Shown: positions 52,130 through 64,000 of the stretch, piece by piece
Position numbering within the stretch: position 1 is the first letter of the stretch
How the letters are laid out: each line of letters begins with the position of its first letter
Assembly (NCBI GenBank): GCA_951406725.2
Contig: OX597842.1
Coordinates: 28,768,001-28,832,000, forward strand
Length of the DNA: 64,000 nucleotides
From: Octopus vulgaris
Lineage: Eukaryota
Direction: 5' to 3'
Made by a program: the position numbers and the translations under genes
Notes under the pieces: model-generated
What the model was told of the DNA's origin: nothing
The model's input: only the letters and a program-made list of their open reading frames with translations
Databases searched by the model: none

Positions 52130-52960
52130 GAGGATTTGGTACAAGTAGTGAAGTTGACAACCAATCTAAGACTTTTTTCAAAAGATCATTCTGATGAAAG
52201 AGAGATGTAGGAAATAGTGACATTTCTGTCGAACAAAGTCTAGGTGCATTCAAAATCAACCTGACTTACAACCTTTGTCTTTAATTCCAAGTGATTTTGT
52301 AGAGGCTGACCTTGCAAATAACTTCACAGACCCCGTGTGGCTTGCAAACAGACCATTACTCCAACAAATGAAATATCACAATTTGTGAATGAATTCATGT
52401 TGACCAGGATCCCTGGCGAGGTAAAGATATACAGAAAGCTCAGATACAGTTGATAACGAAGCTCTGTACCTAATCAAATTCATCAACAAACTCCTACCAT
52501 CAGGTTTTCAATGGACATATCCTCACCTCAAAGACAAGAGGCTGCATTAGGTTTTCCAAGAATTTAGATGTTAAACAAGGCCATTGCAATGACACAGGCT
52601 ACGTTATTATCTGCTTGCACGATCTTATTATTGTGGCTGAGGTTGCTTGTGGTCCTTCTGCAGGATCAATGCTGGTAATCTCAAGGATTCCGCATGGGTC
52701 TCAATGACTGGAGTTCCCATTCACAGTTACCACATAAAAAATTTCCTGTGGAACCAGTCTCTGCCTTGACATGCAGCAAGGCACAGGGACAGACATTTAA
52801 ACCAAGCAGAATATATCTTCCAACGCAATTCTTCTCCCGTGGTCAGCTGTAAGTTTCCTTTTCTAGATTTTGGATGAAGGCTAATGTAAAAATATTGGCT
52901 GAGACAAATAGAAACTGTATATTGACTGACAATTGTGTCCACAAGGAGGTTCTACTTGAA
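52130..52960 (+). pseudogene. Heavily degraded Helitron PIF1 helicase fragment
   Basis: Peptides RIPGEVKIY, KNLDVKQGHCNDT, SKAQGQTF, IYLPTQFFSRGQL, TDNCVHKEVLL with stops and frameshifts. Confidence 0.75.
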
Positions 52961-53221
52961 AAAATGTGCATTTTAAGTAAGTTTCACAAAATGGAATTTA
53001 CAACTTTCGTTTTTTGAAAAATTCCACAGAATATTTAAACTGTCTATATAACAATGGAAGTGTTTAGGGAGATGCTGGGACTTACAACAACAACAACAAC
53101 AACAAATGAAATTTCAAAGTTTGTCTTTATTTCCACAGTTTATCTAGAACAATGAGGGAACCAAACCAGTAAAGGGGTCTACAGGTGATAGAGAGATCTG
53201 CCAGAATTAGTAACCAAATCC

Positions 53222-54538
53222 GGATCTTTACCTTTCGACCGGCAGATTTAGAAAATAATTTCTTGTAACTAAACACTTTCAAACTTCGTATTCCGGTAGA
53301 ATGTGTCGTATAAAACATCTTTTACTCTTAGCGTTTTTGAGAAAAGTTTATATTTACGCAGTTATTTCGTGTTAAATTTGTCGTATTTCAGTAATTTCAA
53401 CCAATCAATGATGTGTATTCAGCTGAATAAAATTACTGCTAACCCATGCTAGCATGCAAAGCGGACGTTAAAGGATGATGATGATGATGATGATGTTTGT
53501 CAACAACAACTGGTGGTATATATTTCGTTTGTTGTTGTTATTTATGACATCGTTCGTGCGTTTGTAGTGGTTTTAGCTTTAAGGTGTTAGGGTTAGGGTG
53601 TTAGGGTTAGAGTTAAGGTTTTAGTGTTAGGGCTAGGGTTTTAGTGTCAGGGCTAAGGTTTTAGGGTTAGGGTTAGGGTTTTAGGGTTAGAGTTAAGGTT
53701 TTAGTGTGAGGGCTAGGGTTTTAGTGTTAAGGTTAGGGTTTTAGGGTTAGAGTTAAGGTTTTAGTGTTAGGGCTAGGGTTTTAATGTCAGGGCTAAGGTT
53801 TTAGTGTTAGGGTTAGGGTTTTAGGGTTAGAGTTAAGGTTTTAGTGTTAGGGCTAGGGTTTTAGTGTTAGGGTTAGGGTTTTTAGGGTTAGAGTTAAGGT
53901 TTTAGTGTTAGGGCTAGGGTTTTAGTGTCAGAGCTAAGGTGTTAGGGTTAGGGTTAGGGTTTTAGGGTTAGAGTTAAGGTTTTAGTGTTAGGGGTAGGGT
54001 TTTAGTGTCAGGGCTAAGGTGTTAGGGTTAGGGTTTTAGGGTTAGAGTTAAGGTTTTAGTGTTAGGGCTAGGGTTTTAGTGTTAGGGCTAAGTTTTTAGG
54101 GTTAGGGTTAAGAAAGTCTTAGCGAAAATAGTAGCTGAAAAACAAGAAAAAACATAACTAAAACCAGTAGAAATGCACGAACGATTCTGGTGGTGCCATG
54201 AAGTAAACATGTTTCAGATAGACTCGTTTTTCATACAAACATAACTGAGATGAAATATGTCATAAATAACAGTGACAAACGAAATATACACCGCCAGAAG
54301 TTGTTGTTGACAAACAACGGCAGTAATTTTATTCAGATGAATACACGCCATTGATTGGTTGAAATTACCGAAATACAACAAATTTAACACGAAATTACTT
54401 TGTAAATATAAACTTTTCTCAAAAACGCTAAGAGTAAGAAGATGTTTTATACGACACATTCTACCAGAATACGAAGTTTGAAAGTGTTTAGTTCCAAAAA
54501 ATTATTTTCTAAATCTGCCGGTCGAAAGGTAAAGATCC
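53222..54538. mobile_element. Complete Merlin-like MITE with long TIRs and TTAGGG-derived core (53580-54110)
   Basis: TIR ggatctttacctttcgaccggcagatttagaaaataattt at both ends; exact 8-bp TSD ccaaatcc (53214-53221, 54539-54546); short RTE tail inserted at ~53442-53495. Confidence 0.88.
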
Positions 54539-54716
54539 CCAAATCCTACTCCATTCATAACTTATCACCTTAAAGAAGGACACATTAAACAATATGGTTC
54601 TACGTTCTCTATACTTAGGAAAAAGACAGGATGGTCCTGGATGGAAGGCATTTGATAATAGGTCTGTGGTGAAGATAGACTTGCAACTAAGCAACAACAA
54701 CAATTTACAAAGAAAT

Positions 54717-54922
54717 TTAATTGAATTCTGATGATAAACATTTGAGTGCATCATAACATTCAGTTCTTACAAGAGCTTCTTTTAATATTTGAAGTGTATG
54801 TTTCTCTGGATCAGTACTTCGCCACCATTTGAGCAGCATCTGGAAGCCTTGTTCCACATTGTCAAGAGGATAGTCATGCCTGATGATTTCCAGGTCAGTT
54901 TGATCAATTCCTAATTCCCTTC
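54717..54922 (-). CDS. Terminal coding exon of a death-domain protein
   Basis: GRELGIDQTDLEIIRHDYPLDNVEQGFQMLLKWWR..TLQILKEALVRTECYDALKCL*; pyrimidine-rich acceptor ttatttcttttgcag| (phase 1). Confidence 0.85.
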
Positions 54923-55259
54923 CTGCAAAAGAAATAAGAAATAATTGCAACAGCATTAACGATAATATAAAACCTGTGTACTGTAGGCTGTATTAATTAG
55001 GACAAAGAAATTATGTGAATAGAAGAATGAGAAATACTTAAGAAACAGGGAAATTAGAAGACATTGTTATCTATTTCTAAAGATGTTGACAAAAATATCA
55101 AACAATTTGAAATAAAGGCTGGAGAAGGAGAAGAATATTTTAAAGAATTGAAAATTACACATGAGAAAATGTCTGGTGAACAACTGGCAGGAGAAGTGTT
55201 TGTGTGGGTAGCAGTGTATGAGAGCCTAAAGAATTGACAAAGACCACCAACAGATAATT

Positions 55260-56640
55260 TCATCCATCCGTCCATTTTCTCTGCCCTCTATTCATAAGGA
55301 GGTTTGTAGGGGAAGAGTCTTCAGGCACCTCCTTCATATGATCCTATCAGAGGCAACCTTCATTAGAATTTCTGAAAGGATTTCCAAGCATGGCCAATTG
55401 AAACTATGGATATCATCCAACCATTTCATTCTTGCTCTACCCCTAGGTCTCCTGTCGGTTGGCTCAGCTTGAAGAATCCCTCTTGTGGTTCTTTCCTGTG
55501 ATATTTTAATCACATGCCAGGATTACTGGAGCTGTGAATTCTCAATGCAGAGAAGCAGTCACTTGACCTGGAGAGACCCCAAATCTCCAGCCTGCACACC
55601 TTGTTGAGTAACGTTACTCCAGAGACTCTTTGGAGGAATACAATCTCAGTCGTTTGATAACGTCCTGTGATCAATGCCTGAAATAGTCATTTGCGATGTC
55701 TTTCCACCTATGATTAATAAATATTTAAAAATTATCAACATTCAGAAATATCTCAAAAGTGGGGATTGTGTACCTGAATGATTTCAACCACCCCAAAGTA
55801 AAAATATAATACTGTTAGGTAAATATCACATATTATAGAGGGCACTGGCTTAAGGTTTTTGGATTCATGACTTATAACAAGAACTTCTTTCACTGGATCA
55901 AGGCCACAATTTCAAAGAATCTAATACAGGAGAGGCCCTAGAGTAAACAAAGCAATGAGAAGAGTTTTACCAACATCTACACCATACACCTACAACACTC
56001 GGGTCCTGATAGAATCACTGCATTCACAAACAAGCAAGTTTACAGGGAGGGCAGGTTAAGGTTAGGGCTGAGGAAGGACTTTGTATGTGGCAAATATACA
56101 GGAATAGTTCATAGGAACAAGTATGAAAGACATAGTTGATAGTTTCTGTTACCTAAAGGACAGAATTAGAAGTAGAGGAAACTATTCTGAAAGCACAGTA
56201 GTTAGAAGGAAAACGAGATGAAAAATGTACAGGGAGTTGTTATGTCTACTGGCAACTAAGGGATTCTGTCTCCATATGAGGGAGAGATTGCACTTTACAA
56301 ATACACCTCATGCAATGTTACATAGAATGTGAAAGATGCAATGGAAACTGCCAGGAAATGAGGTGAGCAGACATCACTAGAAGTGTAATGTTAATGTGTT
56401 GAAAACTTGGAGCCAAATAACTGGATCTCAGAAGAATCTGTGATAGTGTACAAGAAAAAAAGATAATGGTATAGATATAGAAGGGACATGGCAGATGAAA
56501 TCTGGGTAAAGAAGTGCCTGGAATTCAAGTGGAAAGAAACAAGCGATCAAACTGGACAAAGGACCACAACAACTCTGGGAGAAGTCGTCTGATCATTACA
56601 AACTTAGAAAAATGGATGTAAGGTGATGATGATAATGGAC
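55260..56640. mobile_element. Old RTE-like relics (~55260-55660 -, ~56100-56640 +)
   Basis: Degenerate RRPRGRARMKWLDD and VDSFCYL peptides. Confidence 0.5.
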
Positions 56641-56769
56641 CTGGTGTTAGTGGATTCATTTTATCTCAGTATATGACTGGTAAATTTTGTATGACACCCA
56701 GAGGTATAGCAAGCTGGCAATGTTGTAGGCGATGTCCTTTCTTAAATTAGATAAATCATTTCTGAGTGT

Positions 56770-57644
56770 GAACTGCCATGCTACATGGCAGTGAAACATG
56801 GGCCATGACTGCTGAGGACATGCGTAGGCTTGACAGAAATGAAGGTAGTATGATCCGCTGGATGTGGAATGTCTGTGCATACACGACACAGTGTAAACAC
56901 CCTGAGAGGAAAGTTGGACATGAGGAGCATCAAATGTGGTGTGCAAGAGAGACGACTGTGCTGGTATGGTCACGTGTTACATATGGATGAGGACAACTGT
57001 GTGAGGAAGTGCCACTCCCTAACTGTAGAACGAAGCTGTGGAAGAGGTAGACCCAGGAAGACATGGAATGAGATGGTGAAGCATGGCCTTTGAACATTGG
57101 GCCTCACAGAGGCAATGGCAGGAGACCGAGACCTTTGGAAATATGCTGTGATTGAGAAGACCCAGCAACTAAAGTGAGATCGCAGCCATGGCCGATGCCA
57201 GTGTTGCATGTCCGGCCCATTTAAGAGTATCCTTAATGCATCTGGTGACATGATATGCTTGAGAAGACCTGTTGAGTCAAGTAAAACCAAAATTGCAGCT
57301 GTGGCCAGTGCCCCATGACTAGCCCCCGTTCTGGTGGCACATAAAAACCATCATCCGAATGTAGTCGATGCCAGTGTCATCTGACTGACTCCTTGTGTTG
57401 GTGGGACGTAAAAAGGCCATCCGAACATGACTGATGCTAGGTCCACCTGACTGGCTCCTGTACTGGTGACACATAAAAAGCAGCCACTACACTCTCGGAG
57501 TGGCTGGCATTAGGAAGGGCATCCAGCTGTAGAAACTCTGCCAGATCAGATTGGAGCCTGGTGCAGCCACTGGCTCTCCAGACCTCAGTCAAACAGTCCA
57601 ACCCATGCCAGCATGGAAAACAGACGTCAAATGATGATGATGAT
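56770..57644 (+). mobile_element. 5'-truncated RTE copy
   Basis: MLHGSETWAMTAEDMRRL, RRLCWYGHV, GRPRKTW; 3'UTR and (GAT)n. Confidence 0.92.
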
Positions 57645-58128
57645 GGTTTCTATCAGCTGACTCAGAGAATATTGTCATGATCCTTGAGTCAGGGATCAAA
57701 GGTTCAAATCTAATCCCCAGCACCGCTCAATGTACCTGGTAAAGACATTTCTCTATGCTTCACTCTATCTAGATGTATATAGGTACCATAGGGAGGTAGA
57801 AGATATTGCTGTAAATAATAGGAGCATTGTATAAATGATATTTTATGTTGTGTTAAACTGTCAGAGAAGGGGAAATGGGATATTGTGATGTTCATGCCTT
57901 TCCACGTGACATTTGTAATGTAAAGGAGAGTGAAATGATTTCAATTGAGAAACAAGATCAAGTTGAGTTTGAATTTTCTGTTGAGATTCTTTTTCTTCTA
58001 ATATAAATGAGTGTTTCATTAACTTACAATGCTGAGTTCAATCCAGCCATGAACACAATCAACAATGGGGCCTGTCTTCTATAGAGACAGGAAATATATG
58101 TTGACCTGGGACTAAAGAATTACAATAA

Positions 58129-58228
58129 NNNNNNNNNNNNNNNNNNNNNNNNNNNNNNNNNNNNNNNNNNNNNNNNNNNNNNNNNNNNNNNNNNNNNNNN
58201 NNNNNNNNNNNNNNNNNNNNNNNNNNNN
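58129..58228. other. Assembly gap (100 N)
   Basis: N run. Confidence 1.
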
Positions 58229-58247
58229 TGATTGATTCAATCAATCA

Positions 58248-58285
<38 letters not shown>

Positions 58286-58305
58286 TACATATATATATAT
58301 ATATC

Positions 58306-58336
<31 letters not shown>

Positions 58337-58391
58337 TATATACATATATATATATACATATATACATATATATATATACATATATATATAC

Positions 58392-58428
<37 letters not shown>

Positions 58429-58450
58429 CATACATATATATATATATACA

Positions 58451-58486
<36 letters not shown>

Positions 58487-58497
58487 CATATATATAT

Positions 58498-58628
<131 letters not shown>

Positions 58629-58667
58629 CATATATATATACATATATATATATGTATATATATATAT

Positions 58668-58764
<97 letters not shown>

Positions 58765-58839
58765 TACATATACACACATATATATACATATACATATATA
58801 TATATACATATACATATATATATACATATATATATATAC

Positions 58840-59034
<195 letters not shown>

Positions 59035-59035
59035 C

Positions 59036-59212
<177 letters not shown>

Positions 59213-59241
59213 CATATATATATATACATATATATATATAC

Positions 59242-59288
<47 letters not shown>

Positions 59289-59295
59289 CATATAC

Positions 59296-62200
59296 CCACT
59301 ACCCACTATATACCAGACCACCACAGCAAACAGACACAGGATGGACACCGCCGGCAACAACGTACACCTCACCTCGATACTCCTACTGAACATCAGAGGA
59401 CTGCAAACACTCAGTAACAGGACAAAGATCCCGTTCCTGAGAGACTTTGTTGCATGCAATCAAGCCTTATGCATAGCACTTACAGAAAACGCACCTGAAA
59501 CCGGACATAGCAGATGCGGAGTTACACATACCACAGTATGCTGTACTACGGACCGACAGGAAAGAAAGGAGTCATGGAGGTGTTGCTATGTACATCCGTG
59601 AGGACCTCACACCCCAGGTCCTCTTGTCATACTCAAACTCGGTGTGTGACACACTAATTGTACATATTAGGCAACTTGATGTAGTTGTGTGTGCTACATA
59701 TCGCCCTCCAGATGCCCCAAGCCATGTGGGCAAGTTCGAAGACTGCCTTATAAAAATAGAAGAAATTCTAACCACATTAGAACAACACATAGGTGTGCTT
59801 CTTATGGGAGACTTCAATCTGCCCAATGTCAGATGGCCCGAGGGCCTTTCTCTCCCAGGAATGACAAGATGTGAACGAGGACAGGCGAGGTCCCTCCTGA
59901 ACCTCATCAACACCCTGTACATGGAGCAGGTAATACTCCAACCAACCAGGGCAGGTAACACACTGGATCTCTGCTTCACAAATGACATGGATCTCATCCA
60001 TAATGTGAAAGTGACACCGACACTACTCTCGGATCACAACATGATAGAGCTGACCATGTACGGGCCAAAAGAGAGCACGGACATGCAGCCTACAAGAAAC
60101 CCTCAAAATCTTTCCAGCTTGAACTACCATAAGGCAAACTGGAAACAAATTGAGAAAGAGATCCTCAAACAAAACTGGCCTGAATGTCTCTCCTCGCCAG
60201 ACATCGATGTGAAACTTCAACAATTCATGTCTGTAATGCAAGCCATATGCTACAAATGTGTCCCAGAGAGAAAGGCCACTGTACACAAGAACAAAATCCC
60301 CAGAGAGAGGAAAATTTTAATGAGACGGCGTACGAAATTTTCAAATCGCCTAAACAAACAGATTGAAAGCAGTGAAAAGTCCCGCCTAAAAATAAAACTG
60401 TTGGAAATCGAAAAATGTCTGCAACTCTCCCATGAAAAAGAAAGAGCAGACAAAGAAGCCTGGGCTATAGAAAACATAAAATCTAACCCCAGAGCTTTCT
60501 ACAGGTATGCCAAAGAAACAGCTACAGTGCACTGTAGAATAGGGCCACTCCTTGAAAAGGATGGCACACTTACAGGAAAACCAATGAGGGTAAGTGAAAT
60601 ACTGAATGAGCAATTCAAGAGTGTTTTCACTCCACCCCTTGGGCATCTCCAAATCACCAATCCAACTGACTTTTTTACCACTGCAGATATAAAATCAGAG
60701 GCGGCGACGATAGATTACATCGATATAAAGGAAGACGATGTAACCAAGGCTATAGATGAAATGAAAACAGACTCAGCTACTGGCCCCGATGGATTCCCGG
60801 CAATCCTCCTAAAAGCATGTAAGAGAGTCCTAGCAAGACCACTGCAGTTCCTCTTTCAGAGCTTCCTTGCAGCTGGCAAACTTCCAGGAAAACTGAAGGA
60901 AGGTAAAATATGCCCCATTCATAAAGGAGGTAGCAGAGCGGAAGCCAAGAACTATAGACCTATCTCTCTGACCTCACACATCAGCAAGGTCATGGAACGA
61001 ATAGTCAGAAGGAAGCTGATCACCTTCCTTGAAGAGAATGACCTGCTGCCCGACACCCAACATGGTTTCCGACCAGGGAGAAGCTGTTTAACTCAGCTCC
61101 TACAACACTATGACTGGGTGCTGAAACGGCTGCTCAACCACTCAAATGTGGAAGTGATATATCTCGACTTTGCAAAGGCCTTTGATAAAGTCGATCATGG
61201 AATGATATGTCACAAACTGCGTGATCTCAACATAGTTGGAAAACTGGGAGAATGGCTTCATGACTTTCTGAAGGATAGAAGTCAGGTGGTAGTAGCCAAT
61301 GGGGCCACCTCCATTAACACACAAATAGTGAGCGGTGTTCCGCAGGGCACTGTTCTGGGACCACTACTGTTCATAATGGCCCTCTCAGACATGCCCTCAG
61401 CCACGCAGAGAGCCACGATCACAAGTTATGCAGATGATACAAAAGTCTCACAGGCAATACAGAACCCTGAGGACACTAAACACCTGCAATGTGAGCTGGA
61501 CGAAATATACAAGTGGGCTGAAAAGAATAGCATGCAGTTCAATGCTGGAAAGTTTCAAGCTTTATACTATCAGCATGCAAAACTGAATGCAATACCCACT
61601 GAATACACTGGACCCGGAGGGATTGCAATCCCAGAGGCACAATCAGTGCGTGACCTTGGTATTCACATGAGTGATGACGCGACCTTTCATGTACATGTTG
61701 CTAAACTGACAATGAAATGTAGACGGCTGGCTGGATGGATTCTTAGAACCTTTAGAACAAGAGAACAAGAAACCATGATGGTCCTCTGGAAGACACTTGT
61801 CCTAAGCCACTTTGACTATTGCTCTCAGCTATGGTCACCATCCAGTGTCAAGTTGATCACAGAACTTGAGGCGATCCAACGAAGCTACACAAAGAAGATA
61901 GCCTCTATGCAGAATGTAAGCTACTGGGAAAGACTCAAGAGATTAAAATTATATTCCCTGGAGCGTAGGCGGGAAAGATATGCCATAATATACATCTGGA
62001 AGATCCTGGAGGGAAGTGTCCTGAACTTTGGCATCGAGAGTTACGCAAATGCCAGAACTGGGCGCCACTGCGTGGTGCCTAGGACTCCAAACCTGCCATC
62101 AAGATGTAGGACAAGATTCTGTGATAGCCTGGGCTTCCGAGGCCCACAGCTCTTCAATATCCTCCCGAAGAACCTGAGAGACCTGCATGGGGTGGATACA

Positions 62201-62430
62201 AATGTCTTTAAAATGAAGCTGGATCTCTTCCTGTCAGGTGTCCCAGATGAACCAACTTCACGGCAGGAGGGGCAGATGAGGGCAGCTGCATCGAACTCTC
62301 TCATGCACCAAATAGCAGTTGCTAGAAAGCCTCCATGAAGTGAAACCAAGTAGCAACACCAAATGGCGGTGCCCCAGCATGGCCACAGCTCATAAGCTGA
62401 AACTAGAATCAATCAATCAATCAATCAATC
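59296..62430 (+). mobile_element. Near-intact APE-RT LINE (CR1/L2 group) within (TA)n, (CAAT)n tail
   Basis: ORF2 59341-62338; tail ggcggtgccccagcatggccacagctcataagctgaaactagaatcaatcaatc; >1 kb TA-rich repeat on both sides. Confidence 0.93.
59341..62338 (+). CDS. LINE ORF2 (APE + RT) with one +1 frameshift near 59487
   Basis: LNIRGL..IALTE|THL..GGVAMY, GDFN, TLDL, SDH; [42 protein letters not shown]. Confidence 0.9.
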
Positions 62431-63920
<1,490 letters not shown>

Positions 63921-63923
63921 ATA

Positions 63924-63975
63924 GGCAGAGGAGTGGCTGTGTGGTTAGTAGCTTGCTTACAAACCACATGGTTCC
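63924..63975 (+). mobile_element. SINE type A head
   Basis: ggcagaggagtggctgtgtggttagtagcttgc..accacatggttcc. Confidence 0.8.
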
Positions 63976-64000
63976 ATAAGAAATCAGTTTCTCGATTTTT

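Noticed and set aside
53580-54110. True telomere or chromosome fusion site
   Set aside because: Degenerate, single orientation, enclosed by TIRs and a TSD
58022-58110. Upstream exon for the death-domain gene (minus-strand GTAAGT at 58027)
   Set aside because: Joining to the phase-1 acceptor gives T|GA stop; no death-domain helix 1 similarity

Overview
Eukaryotic, repeat-saturated animal DNA. The SINE families, RTE/CR1-type LINEs and (TA)n/(TG)n density suggest a coleoid cephalopod, probably Octopus (inference). The only host-gene evidence is a minus-strand terminal exon encoding a death domain (54717-54922). The rest is mobile DNA: three near-intact LINEs (an RTE with a PHD finger inside its RT at 1-2677; an APE-RT element at 21806-25028; a second APE-RT element at 59296-62430), many LINE fragments, three or four tRNA-derived SINE types, Helitrons, a deleted mariner, hAT- and Merlin-like MITEs, Penelope-like fragments, minisatellites (107, 153, 94 bp), a tandem segmental triplication, several palindromes and a 100-N gap. 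Most notable observations: (i) minimal hammerhead-ribozyme motifs in Penelope-associated repeats, including tandemly amplified copies (retrozyme-like); (ii) a G_GGA_AAC slippery site at a LINE ORF1/ORF2 junction where ORF2 lacks an early ATG; (iii) a SINE and its probable partner LINE sharing a covarying 3' stem-loop; (iv) Merlin-like MITEs with TTAGGG-like cores; (v) a perfect DR5+ER6 nuclear-receptor element; (vi) an apparently spliced integrase relic. All assignments were made by eye; fragment boundaries are approximate.
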